DNA from: a virus
Lineage: Duplodnaviria; Caudoviricetes
Virus record (IMG/VR): IMGVR_UViG_3300023218_000089
Coordinates: 1 to 31,359 of that record
Direction: 5' to 3' (one strand)
Length of the DNA: 31,359 bases
Shown here: in pieces, positions 1-9,300 of the stretch
How positions within the stretch are numbered: the first letter of the stretch is position 1
Layout: each line of letters begins with the position of its first letter
Notes under the pieces: generated by a model
The model's input: only the letters and a program-made list of their open reading frames with translations
The model's database searches: none
Told to the model about the DNA's origin: nothing
Position numbers and translations under genes: made by a program

Positions 1-1
1 C

Positions 2-178
2 ATCGTGATAGGCGTCTGCATGTCGCTCGTCGACCGCTCCCGCCTCGCCGTGGATGTCGGCGTCATACGGCTCAACAATTACCGACGGGCAGTCCGGGCA
101 GCCGTGCGAACTGCCGCGCTGCCGATCGCCAGCGTAGGAAAAATTGACCAGTCCGCGGTAGATCGTCAGGGTTTCCAT
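2..178 (-). CDS. hypothetical protein, runs off window edge (probable early gene)
   Basis: Hand-translated: ATG at 178 preceded by AGGAG RBS; METLTIYRGLVNFSYAGDRQRGSSHGCPDCPSVIVEPY... stays open to the window edge; lies downstream of a strong minus-strand promoter. Confidence 0.6.
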   Translation of the reverse strand, partial: METLTIYRGLVNFSYAGDRQRGSSHGCPDCPSVIVEPYDADIHGEAGAVDERHADAYHD

Positions 179-246
179 CGTTCGTCTCCTGTAGGCCGGT
201 CGCGTCCGGCTGGGGGTTGGTGCCGAGTTGCCTTAACTCGACTGTG

Positions 247-286
247 TATGTATTATGTCGGCGGTATCGTCACACGTCAATACATA
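247..286 (-). promoter_or_regulatory. sigma70-type promoter flanked by an 8-bp inverted repeat (candidate operator)
   Basis: Minus strand TTGACG (280-275), 17 bp, CATAAT (257-252); TATGTATT (247-254) and AATACATA (279-286) form an inverted repeat overlapping the -10 and -35 boxes. Confidence 0.7.
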
Positions 287-298
287 GGGCCGACCAAA

Positions 299-484
299 AT
301 GTCGAAATCGAAAAAAAAATCTCCGGGGCGCCCGCCGATCGACGGCGAGTCCAAGGTCCGGCTCACGGTTCGCGTCGCGCCGGACCTGAAGGCCTGGTAT
401 GAGCAGATGGCCGAGCGTGGCGGCACGACGGCGGCGAGAATCGCTGAGACCGCCCTCGCCGAGTTTCGCCGGATGCACTCCTGA
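299..484 (+). CDS. ribbon-helix-helix (Arc/CopG-like) DNA-binding protein
   Basis: MSKSKKKSPGRPPIDGESKVRLTVRVAPDLKAWYEQMAERGGTTAARIAETALAEF: GRP motif, alternating beta strand, two helices; start trimmed to ATG 299. Confidence 0.75.
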   Translation: MSKSKKKSPGRPPIDGESKVRLTVRVAPDLKAWYEQMAERGGTTAARIAETALAEFRRMHS

Positions 485-576
485 TGCCCCGCAACATCCG
501 CGACATCACGATCGTCGGGCTGGGGCTGACGCTGATCTACTGGCTCGCACGCGGTGTCGTCTGGCTCTGTTCGTAG
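484..576 (+). CDS. 30-aa hydrophobic single-TM peptide
   Basis: TGATG overlap with the RHH stop; MPRNIRDITIVGLGLTLIYWLARGVVWLCS; too short for the ORF track. Confidence 0.45.
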   Translation: MPRNIRDITIVGLGLTLIYWLARGVVWLCS

Positions 577-719
577 CCGGTCTGCACCAGATATTCGCGG
601 AACTGCGTGATATTGAAGTCCGCCATCAGGTACGCGAGGTCGAGCTTCTCGTTCTTCGTGAGGTGCGGCTCCCGGCCCAGCCGGACGGCCTTCCAGAAAT
701 CGTCATCGCTGGCTTTCAT
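537..719 (-). CDS. hypothetical protein
   Basis: MKASDDDFWKAVRLGREPHLTKNEKLDLAYLMADFNITQFREYLVQTGY has protein-like composition; start trimmed to ATG 719. Confidence 0.5.
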   Translation of the reverse strand: MKASDDDFWKAVRLGREPHLTKNEKLDLAYLMADFNITQFREYLVQTGYEQSQTTPRASQ

Positions 720-766
720 CCGGTTTCCGTTTTCATCCGGCAGGGACTGCCGCCTATACTCCGGGC

Positions 767-1054
767 ATGGCCGTCGCATGGTGCACCGTCTGTCAACGCG
801 AGACCCGCGACCTGATTCACGTCGCCGGCCCGCACTCCATCGTCAACGTGGAAATCTGCCGCAAGTGCTGGGAAACCCTCCCTGTATCGCACCGCGTCCA
901 GTTCGCCGAGTCGATCCGGCACCACCTCGTGCTGGAGTCCTCGCACGAAGCCTACGAAGAGGCGGCGCGGGCCCTCACTGAACTGGCCCGGCGAGCGCAG
1001 GCGCCGGGTGACGACGAGGACTCGCCGGGCGACTTTCTGTTCGGCCGCAACTGA
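767..1054 (+). CDS. small zinc-finger-like protein
   Basis: CTVC and CRKC pairs; TATACT (755-760) lies 6 nt before the ATG, suggesting a leaderless transcript. Confidence 0.55.
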   Translation: MAVAWCTVCQRETRDLIHVAGPHSIVNVEICRKCWETLPVSHRVQFAESIRHHLVLESSHEAYEEAARALTELARRAQAPGDDEDSPGDFLFGRN

Positions 1055-1775
1055 TTCCGAGTTGCTTGAAGATCGCCAGCGTCTCGGCATCGAACCGCGG
1101 CTCCAGTTCGCCGACATAGCGGTCGTCGTTCAGCCGCTGCTCCTGACCGCGATACCAGTCGTCGCGGCCCATGTGAGCCGAGCAATTCCCGCCGTGCCAG
1201 CGATACACGTAGGTCGGAACACCATCCGGCGTCGAGTCGCCGCGGTTGCGATCCATCGCCGCTTCCATCCGCTGCCCGAATAGTTGGTCGTTCGCCGGGT
1301 GCTCGTTATCCGCCGGCCAGCCACGGACCATTTCGAATAGCTCTCTGCGATAGCCCCACGACGATTCGAACCTTCCGAAACCGGACTCGGTCATTACGCG
1401 GCCGAACGGTTGCTGGTAGGTCGAATGCACTGCCGAGCAGGCCGTGAAGTCATTGACCTCCAGCGACTGGGCCATCCGCTCGAGGTGATTCGGCAGAAAC
1501 ACGTCGTCATCGTCCCAGCAACAAAGGGCGTCGACCTCGGGAAACCGCTCGACCAGATACTTCGCGCAGAGGTTCCGCTTGAACCATAACCCCTCGATGA
1601 CCCGGTGCGAGAGCGACACGACGGCCCAGCGATCGCCCTCCTGATTCGTGAGCGTATGCCCGTCGTCGAGAATCAGCAGACGCCGATTCGGGTAGGTCTG
1701 GGCTTCAAAGCACGCGACCGCGTTAGCGAGCAGTTCGGGTCGACGATAAGTGCAACAGACGGCTCCAATAATCAC
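975..1775 (-). CDS. glycosyltransferase family 2 (GT-A fold)
   Basis: CCTYRRPELL, FEAQTYPNRRLLILDDG, KRN, CCWDDDD motifs; GTG start overlaps the upstream stop (GTGA). Confidence 0.88.
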   Translation of the reverse strand: MIIGAVCCTYRRPELLANAVACFEAQTYPNRRLLILDDGHTLTNQEGDRWAVVSLSHRVIEGLWFKRNLCAKYLVERFPEVDALCCWDDDDVFLPNHLERMAQSLEVNDFTACSAVHSTYQQPFGRVMTESGFGRFESSWGYRRELFEMVRGWPADNEHPANDQLFGQRMEAAMDRNRGDSTPDGVPTYVYRWHGGNCSAHMGRDDWYRGQEQRLNDDRYVGELEPRFDAETLAIFKQLGISCGRTESRPASPRRHPAPALAGPVQ

Positions 1776-2335
1776 AGCGTCACCTTCCATGAGGATTGGC
1801 TGACAAGCCCGAGCATGCGCGGCCCGAACGCTTCGTCGACCGCACGGCACACATGCTCTCGCATCGAATTCTTGTAGTCGTGACCAGCGATAACGCCGCC
1901 CGGCTTCACTTTCGGAGTCCACGCCTCAATGTCGGCCCGAACGCTCTCGTAGTCGTGCGATGCGTCGAGATAGACGAAGTCGAGCGAGTGATCCTCGTAC
2001 CGCTTCGCCGCCTGCACCGACGGCAGCCGAATCGGCGTCACGTAGTCCCTGACTGGCGTGATGTTCGCGAAGAACTCGCGGTAAATCTCGTCCTCGCCCC
2101 GCTCGGCGATCTGTCGAAGCAGCAGCTGATCGGTGCCGCCGTCCCAAGTGTCGACGGCATCGAACAGGATCGTCTTGCCGGAGTTCGCGATCTCGACCGC
2201 CATGAACACCGTGGAGCGACCGAACCACGATCCGACCTCGACGAAGTGGCCGCTGTCGATTCGCTCGACCTGCTCACGGTACAGGGCGGCGAAGTTAAAC
2301 CATCCTGGAATGGTCTGGTGATAGTGCGCGATCAC
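1772..2335 (-). CDS. class I SAM-dependent methyltransferase (Methyltransf_24-like)
   Basis: VEVGSWFGRS motif I, AVDTW, LDFVYLDASHDYESV, KVKPGGVIAGHDY; GTGA coupling to the upstream gene. Confidence 0.9.
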   Translation of the reverse strand: MIAHYHQTIPGWFNFAALYREQVERIDSGHFVEVGSWFGRSTVFMAVEIANSGKTILFDAVDTWDGGTDQLLLRQIAERGEDEIYREFFANITPVRDYVTPIRLPSVQAAKRYEDHSLDFVYLDASHDYESVRADIEAWTPKVKPGGVIAGHDYKNSMREHVCRAVDEAFGPRMLGLVSQSSWKVTL

Positions 2336-3453
2336 CACAATCCCTCGGGACAGAATTCGTGGGCGTAGGCGGCCTTGATCGCCACAGGCTTCTCGCTGTC
2401 GGCCATGCACTCCATACTCTCGCACCTGTCACACGTCCGGCAGTGCTCGATGCGCTCGAGCCGCTGGTCCTCGGTGACCCGCTCGCGTCCCGTGAGGCTG
2501 TCTCGGGACACCTCGGCTTCGAGTTGGACCTCGCGGTGAGCCTGTTGCATCATCCTGAGATTGCACGGGAACGGCTCGACGCATTCCGGGACGCGGTCCG
2601 ATTTCGCCTCCGCTTCGAGCATCGCGTACACGGGAGCCGGACATCGTCCCAGCATCGGAGCCATGCCGTCGCCGTCGACAAAGTGTTTGCGGATCGGCTC
2701 GGTGTCGAGTCCAAGTTCCATAAAACCGACGAGATAGTTCCAGACCTTCCCCTCGCATGAGAGCGGGAACTCTTTCTTCGCGGCCGGGTCGGCCATTAGG
2801 TGTGCCCACCGGAGCGCGGGCAAACAGACCGTACGCCCCCCGCGCTGCCGGACCTTTTCGTGCAGATAGCCTTCCTCGCCGCCGAACTGCCGGAACCGCG
2901 GGTTGAAGCCCGGCCATGACTCGCGGAGCATCGCGAACTGACCCAGCCCCATCATCGGAATGTCGAACTCCGGCGCGAGCGTCGAGAAGCCGCGAGGGTT
3001 CGTGCCCCAGATGCCCCACATATGGTCCCGCCAGACCGGCTCAAAGTGCGTCGTGATGTCAGGGTAGCCTTCGTGCGTCACGTACGGGTCATACAGCATC
3101 GGCCCCTGCACGAGATCACGCTCCCCGCCCGGACGCCGGTAGTAGTGTTTCAACGCCGCGACAAAGCCGTCCGCCAGATGCACGTGGCTGTCGATGCAGC
3201 ACACGATGTCGCCGGTCGCGACGCGGAAGAGGTGATCCCTTGGAGCCGCGGTCCCGCGTGTCTCCGTGAACGGTTCGTAGCGAATGCCGATTCGCTCGCA
3301 GAATCGTTTCGTCCGATGGCCTTCAATCGACTCCGGGCAGTTGTCGACGACGATCCACTCATCAACATTCGAATGATGCAGCCGGTTGGCCTGCACCGTG
3401 TGCCAGAGGCTCTTGAAGTCATTGTAGACCGCCATCCCGATGGTGAGTGTCAT
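2332..3453 (-). CDS. GT-A glycosyltransferase (DxH/GGE type) with C-terminal Cys-rich domain
   Basis: LTIGMAVYND, VVDN, CCIDSH, GLGQFAM, FGGEEGY; C-terminus RIEHCRTCDRC...KAAYAHEFCPEGLW. Confidence 0.85.
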   Translation of the reverse strand: MTLTIGMAVYNDFKSLWHTVQANRLHHSNVDEWIVVDNCPESIEGHRTKRFCERIGIRYEPFTETRGTAAPRDHLFRVATGDIVCCIDSHVHLADGFVAALKHYYRRPGGERDLVQGPMLYDPYVTHEGYPDITTHFEPVWRDHMWGIWGTNPRGFSTLAPEFDIPMMGLGQFAMLRESWPGFNPRFRQFGGEEGYLHEKVRQRGGRTVCLPALRWAHLMADPAAKKEFPLSCEGKVWNYLVGFMELGLDTEPIRKHFVDGDGMAPMLGRCPAPVYAMLEAEAKSDRVPECVEPFPCNLRMMQQAHREVQLEAEVSRDSLTGRERVTEDQRLERIEHCRTCDRCESMECMADSEKPVAIKAAYAHEFCPEGLW

Positions 3454-5378
3454 CCGGCCTCCTTGACTTCTTTGAACTCTTTAACCGGCCACTTCCCGAG
3501 CGGGCATAGTTGCCCGGCCATCGCGGCCTTCTCTTGGATGTGACATCCGCATTTCGCGCAGCGGTCATTGTCGTTCTCGTCAGTGGCCCGCATCGGGCAG
3601 ACCGTGCAGATTTCGAGTCGCTGCCTCAGCAGTTCGGGCGACGACTTTTTCAGGCCATCACCGACGTAGCCGACGAGTGCCAACGCGAAGTTCTTCGCCA
3701 TCGTGATTTTGCTCGGCAGTTTCGGCTTGTCTTCATCGCGGCACCCGAGCAGCGTGAAACCGATCCCGTCGTTGTTGTGGCTGAGAACCGTCCACCGGCG
3801 GTTGGCGACAAGAAAGAACGGCATCGCCTCACGCATCCCCTGCCGGTTCGTCCCCGCGAGAGCGATATACCGCGTCGACCGGCCGGCGTGCTTCTCGATC
3901 AGTTGCCGCAACTCCTCGACCGTCCCCTCGCGGTGCAGTAGCAGCAGGTCGCACTCCTCGACCGCATCGACGTCGTCCGGATTGACGGAGCGGCGAATCA
4001 CCTTCGTCGTCGATCGCACTGTTCCGATTGCCCGGGCCAGCGTCTCGTTACGTTCGTTGCCGTAGCTCACGACCTTGCCGGGTCGACCGCACGCGAGCGC
4101 CGCCGTCGATTCCCACTGCCGCCCGATTTCGACGACTGTTCCGAGTCCGTCAGTGAGCTTCGCAATTTCCTCGATAAACGGTCCCAACTCCCGCGGCGTG
4201 AGCTTCACAACTTCAAGGACGTGTTCGTGTCCGGTGAAATCAATCACCGAGGGTAGGGTCGGATCCGGCTCGGCCTTGCGGATCCCGCCCGCAGGGTTGC
4301 CGTTCCCCTCAGGTTTCTTTGATCCGCACCCGCCGCACTTCTGTTTTCCGAGACCGGCATCGCGGCTCACTGGATCGGCGACCAGATACTCCCACTCCGG
4401 TTCGTTCATCTTGCCCTCGGCGACAAAATGCCGATGCACGGGGGCCAAGTCCCAGCCCATTTCCTGAAACTCAAGAACGTAGTTGCGAACCTTGTGGAAG
4501 TAGGTCAGCGGGGGCTTTACGGTCCGGCCCAGCACGTCGCCAAACCGGTGAATCCATCCCAGTTGCGGCAGGCAGATCGCGCGGCGCCCGTGGTCCCGGT
4601 ACTTCTGGTGGATATACATTTCCTCGCCGCCGAAAGCCCGGGCGTGAGGATTGAAGCCGAGCCACGATTCCCGCTTCGCGCAAAACAGCCCGAGACCTTG
4701 ACCCGGTATCTCGAACGGCTCCTCGCCCGCTGCGAGGTCGTGATAGCCGAGTGCCCGCAGCTTCCGCTGGTGCCCGGCGTATGGCATTTCCGGGATGCAG
4801 TCGAGCGTCTGCCGCCCCATATCGAGCGACTTGGCAACAGCAATGCCGCCGTCCCATTGCTCCACGTCGAACTTGATCAGACCGTCCGGCGTTGCCCACG
4901 CACTCGACCAGACGCCCCACATTTCGCCGCGCCACACGTTCGCGAAGTGCGTCGCCGAGTTGTCGAGCGTGTCGTACCAAAGCGGCCCTTGGATCAGGTC
5001 GTCAGTTCCCGATCGGATATAGTCGCCAAGCGCCGTCAATGCCCCCGGCATCAAAAGGACGTGGCTGTCGAGCACGAGCACGTATTCGCCCGACGCTTCC
5101 CTAAAAATGCGGTCGCGTGATGGACTGGTTCCGATGGGGTCGGTCATCGGGATGTATTTCGCCCCCGCCATCCCGACGCCGGCCCGGCCCTTGATAATTC
5201 GCTCGACGGCCTGACCCGATGGTGAGCCGGGGGCGTTGTCGATCACGACAAGTTCGACCTCGCGGGGGTCGAGTTGCCCGCCCTTAATCAAATCACGCCG
5301 GATTGACTGCACGGTGAAATACACGCCGTGAAAGTCATCGAACGTCGCCATCCCGATTGTGAGTTTGGGCTTGCTCAT
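3450..5378 (-). CDS. multidomain GT-A glycosyltransferase + degenerate methyltransferase-like domain + C-terminal Cys-rich domain
   Basis: LTIGMATFDD, VVIDN, VLDSH, GLGLF, FGGEEMY; central VVEIG...CDLLLL Rossmann-like segment; C-terminus RLEICTVC...CAKCGC...KA...CPLGKW. Confidence 0.85.
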   Translation of the reverse strand: MSKPKLTIGMATFDDFHGVYFTVQSIRRDLIKGGQLDPREVELVVIDNAPGSPSGQAVERIIKGRAGVGMAGAKYIPMTDPIGTSPSRDRIFREASGEYVLVLDSHVLLMPGALTALGDYIRSGTDDLIQGPLWYDTLDNSATHFANVWRGEMWGVWSSAWATPDGLIKFDVEQWDGGIAVAKSLDMGRQTLDCIPEMPYAGHQRKLRALGYHDLAAGEEPFEIPGQGLGLFCAKRESWLGFNPHARAFGGEEMYIHQKYRDHGRRAICLPQLGWIHRFGDVLGRTVKPPLTYFHKVRNYVLEFQEMGWDLAPVHRHFVAEGKMNEPEWEYLVADPVSRDAGLGKQKCGGCGSKKPEGNGNPAGGIRKAEPDPTLPSVIDFTGHEHVLEVVKLTPRELGPFIEEIAKLTDGLGTVVEIGRQWESTAALACGRPGKVVSYGNERNETLARAIGTVRSTTKVIRRSVNPDDVDAVEECDLLLLHREGTVEELRQLIEKHAGRSTRYIALAGTNRQGMREAMPFFLVANRRWTVLSHNNDGIGFTLLGCRDEDKPKLPSKITMAKNFALALVGYVGDGLKKSSPELLRQRLEICTVCPMRATDENDNDRCAKCGCHIQEKAAMAGQLCPLGKWPVKEFKEVKEAG

Positions 5379-5387
5379 CGTGTGCCG

Positions 5388-6119
5388 TTATTGACGAGAC
5401 GAGATGTTTCGATTTGCTAGTTCCGCTTTGTACTGTTCAACAAAGTCAGTATTCTTTTGCGTGCGTTGAACTTGTAACGCACTTCCAAAATTTGACCAGT
5501 CGACATGCGATTCATCCACACCGATAAATTTCACAATAGAATGGACGTGGTCGCGAGTGTTTTCACACAGATTTTCATAGGACAGTGACAATGAGCGATT
5601 GTTCGCTTCACAGAACTCCTGAAGGGTTTTCCTGTTCTCCGCTTTCTGAGTAACAAGTGAATGGATGGATTCAAAATTGAAGTCGAGTTCCTCAAAGCGT
5701 CGCAATGACCACTGTCGTTGTGGAGTCCCTAGTGATGTCTCGCTGAATCGGCCTGTGGCGTTTGCGATGAAGTGAGATACTGCGGAAGCAATCGGATCAC
5801 GATCGAGCCAAATACAATGCGTGAATCCGATGTCGTTCAAAGAAACAATACCACGCAATACTGCTGGGCTAGTCAGTTTCGCTCCCCATACTCCTACATG
5901 ATGTCGCGTCATTAAGTCGTAGTGGAATCTTCCTACCTTCCTTGGCTTTTCTTGTGTTTCGTCTGCCCAAGGAAGAGGAGGCGAGAGTCGAAGATAATGT
6001 CCCGGGATTTCGTGAGGCGTCCCCGCGGCCGGGCCCAGCGACCGCAGCAAAGTGCATAACCACGTTGATCCTGAGCGGGCGTTGCAGCCGATCAGGTATC
6101 TAGTGTGCGGCACTGCCAT
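5388..6119 (-). CDS. Stf0-like sulfotransferase
   Basis: CNARSGSTWL (5'-PSB loop), WLDRDPIASAVS (3'-PB), LSYENL; start ATG 6119, or 6149. Confidence 0.8.
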   Translation of the reverse strand: MAVPHTRYLIGCNARSGSTWLCTLLRSLGPAAGTPHEIPGHYLRLSPPLPWADETQEKPRKVGRFHYDLMTRHHVGVWGAKLTSPAVLRGIVSLNDIGFTHCIWLDRDPIASAVSHFIANATGRFSETSLGTPQRQWSLRRFEELDFNFESIHSLVTQKAENRKTLQEFCEANNRSLSLSYENLCENTRDHVHSIVKFIGVDESHVDWSNFGSALQVQRTQKNTDFVEQYKAELANRNISSRQ

Positions 6120-6345
6120 GTCGAGGATCCTCAAAGCCAAACGGTTCAAGCATCCACTGCTCCTCTTTGGCTGCTTCCTCTAGTTCCTGTTCAAGGGATC
6201 TTCGTTCCATGTAACTCTGTACCCCGTTAATTTTGATGCCCGGCACATCATACAACGGTGTTAAAAACACCCTGAACAGCACGTGGCTGACTGTGGCAAC
6301 CACCACAACAGAGATAGCAACAAGAATTTTCTGTGAGTCTGTCAT
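6100..6345 (-). CDS. small membrane-anchored protein
   Basis: N-terminal hydrophobic ILVAISVVVVATVSHVLF; ATGA overlap with the upstream gene. Confidence 0.6.
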   Translation of the reverse strand: MTDSQKILVAISVVVVATVSHVLFRVFLTPLYDVPGIKINGVQSYMERRSLEQELEEAAKEEQWMLEPFGFEDPRHGSAAH

Positions 6346-9300
6346 GGGCCACTTCCCGGTGATAGTGTAAGACTAGACGGCCAGGTGTAGTTTGGATCGG
6401 TCTGTGAAACAAGATTCATAGTAAGCCCTGAAGACAACGCCGCACAGTTGGCACTGTAGCTTGTGTAGTACGCATCGCTAAATGGGCTGGCGGAACTGAG
6501 GTGCAACTCAGCGTAGCCGTGAGCAGGCAGCGCAAACATATCGATGGCATTTATCTCACAAATACCACTATTCCCAAACGAGGGGTTCTCGTCCCAATAG
6601 CACTGAGTCGCATCTGAGTTGCCAGTGTTGAAACTTATTGTGATGGGTGAGGCCGACGTTATGTTCCCCGCCGCTGTCGAGTCACAAGACGACCCAGCCG
6701 CCAGTCCTGATATATCGATATCCCAATACTGCACCACATCACCACAGGCATTGCAGTTTATTTCTGGCGCAGGACCGGCTGTCGTCGTCGTTGTAGTCGT
6801 CGTCGTTGTAGTTGTTGACGTTGATGTTGTTGTAGTGGATGTCGTCGTCGACGTAGTCGTCGTCGGCGGATCGCTGCAACAGTTGCAGCCACTCGTGTCA
6901 GGCGTCAGGTCGGGCTGCCAATTAAAGCTGATTGTGTCATCACCGGGAGCGTCGGCGTTGTTCCCGCAGAAGCACTGAATCACGACGCCGCCGAAGTCGT
7001 CGGGGTCACCGCACGGATAATTTAAGTCGATACTGAAGGCGTCGCAGTCGCTTTGAGAAGAGTCGCAGCAGATATCGACCGTGATGTCGTCCTGAGCCAA
7101 GCCGCCGCCGGAGACGCACGAAATCTTCCCGCTGTACTGGTAGCAGGTCGTCGTCCCTTCTGACGCGACCTCGGTCAGATTGAGAGTGTCGCCACAGACT
7201 TCGATGAAGGGATGATCGGCGAAGCGATCGCAGCATGGCTCCGGCGTCGTTGTCGTTGTTGTGGTCGACGTCGTCGACGTTGTTGTGGTCGACGTCGTGG
7301 TGGTATAGCAGTCGTCGCACGGGTCGGAGGTCGGGCGGCTCCTGGGCGCGACGCAGACGGTCGTCACCGGCTCGCACGCATCACCGTCTTCGGAGGGCGG
7401 CTGACAGAAACACGAGAACGATTCGACGATGCACTCGGAGTCGCCGCTGCAGGCGTCTTCCCGGTAGACATTGCGGGCGTTGTCGGCACAGTTCTCCGAA
7501 ACCAAACGCCAATAAGACGTTCCGCCGATGTCGACCCACCAGTAAACGCAACCGCCGGTGCATGGGATCGAGTCGGGACAACCCGGCGACGGCGTCCGGT
7601 TACAGTTGGTCGTGTAGGTGCCGCACACGTCTGGCGTCACGACCGTCGGAGCCGAGCACGAGCAGTTGCCGAGACAGCCGTCTTCGAGCTTCACCCAAGG
7701 CCCGCCCGGTACGAGCACCGCCCAGAGGCAGTCGGTACATTCCGGCTCGGGGGGGCAGGTCGTGGTCGTGTTGCAGTCGCACGTCGTCGTCGTGGTTCCG
7801 GGGCACTCGTCGGGGTGATCGTTTGATCCCGACGAACAGAACGTGACGATCACCTCCTCGTCCTCGGTGCCGCACTCGCTCGGATAAAGACACTCGCACG
7901 GCGGCGGTGTTGTCGTGGTCGGCTCCTCGGTCGTCGTGGTCGGTTCCGCGGTCGTGGTCGAGGTGCAACTCGCGCACTCACACGGGCACTCAGTCGTCGT
8001 GGTCGAGGTCGAAGTCGTGGTGCTGGTGGATGTCGTGGTCGAGGTCGTCGAGGTGCTTGTCGTGGTGCTTACATCCGAGCAGCCGTCCGAGGTCAGATTC
8101 CAGACTTCGCCCCCGGCATCCCAGGTCCATTCACACGAGCCGCTACAGCCGCTCTCGGTGTTTGGGTCGGGAGTCGTGACGGCGGGCTCGTCGGTGGTGG
8201 TCGTGCTCGGCTCTTCGGTCGTCGTGCCCGGGTCTTCTGTCGTGGTCGTCTCGCAATAATGATGCAGTTCGGCCGGGCCGAAATTCGGCGGCAGGGACCA
8301 GACGCGAGACGTGAGGGCCGGGGTTCCGTCCGGCATCGGTTCGTGTCGGACGACGTAGCAGTCATCAAAGCCGGTCGGGAGCCATTTTTTGACCCCGGCG
8401 AACGTCGCGTCGTAAGCTCGGATACGCCAGCCGTACCAGTCCTCGGTCACGCGGCAGGCGAGACTCGCCGACCGCTCCCCGACCTTTGAGGCCGCGTCGT
8501 GAATGACCGCGATGTCGCCCGATCTCGTCGGTGTGTCGGGAAAATCGTCCTCGCCCGCGAAATCGGTATAGGGGTTGTCGATGATGCCGGTGGCCGAACC
8601 GCTTGACTGGCTCGGCTGCGGGATGTCGTGAAACACCAGCCGGACGTTCTCGGGCAGCGTGCCGTTGATCGCGATGTCTTCGAAGTGGCCACCCGCCGAG
8701 CGATGCCAGACGTGATCGATCGGCACCGTTTGCCGGTTATTCGTGAGCCGGTCGTCGGACCTCTCGACCGACAACAGGGTGACATCCCCGTCGAGGTCGA
8801 CGACGGCCCGGCATCCGATGTTCGCGGCCACCACGTCGAGCATTGCGGCCGGGTTTTCGTACGACCGGCTGAGCTCCCGTCGATTCGGTTCGCAGTACGC
8901 GCAGGAGATTTCCGGGTGGGTGATGGTGACGCCCAGCGCGGTCGCGATCGTGGAAATCGCGTCCTCCCACGTCTCCGGCTCGAAGGTCGCAAGACTCCGG
9001 TATTGCCAGTGCCAGCGTTCGTCGACCAGCGGGAGCAGCCACGCATCGTTCTCGCCGTCCATGCGGCTGACCGGCCGGGGCGGGAGCATCCACATCGGGG
9101 CCGCGAGTGAACAGACACCCGAAGGGTCGACGAACCACCCGTTGCCGGCGTCGGACGATGCCGCCTGATCGGAGTCTCCGATCTCGAGTGTTCCTGCCGA
9201 CCATGACGACGCCTGACTGTCGGGCCGAACCGCCGCGAGGATGGCGTCGAGTTTCGCCCGGTCAACCAGGAATAGGCCGTACGCCCATCGGGACGCCCCG

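Noticed and set aside
975-5378. GT cluster as a DNA hypermodification system
   Set aside because: No base hydroxymethylase, TET/JBP or nucleotide kinase was seen, and the late-operon position and DSH/GGE motifs favour protein or glycan acceptors; not formally excluded.
6619-8259. Plus-strand poly-Val ORFs
   Set aside because: Antisense shadows of the poly-Thr tracts.
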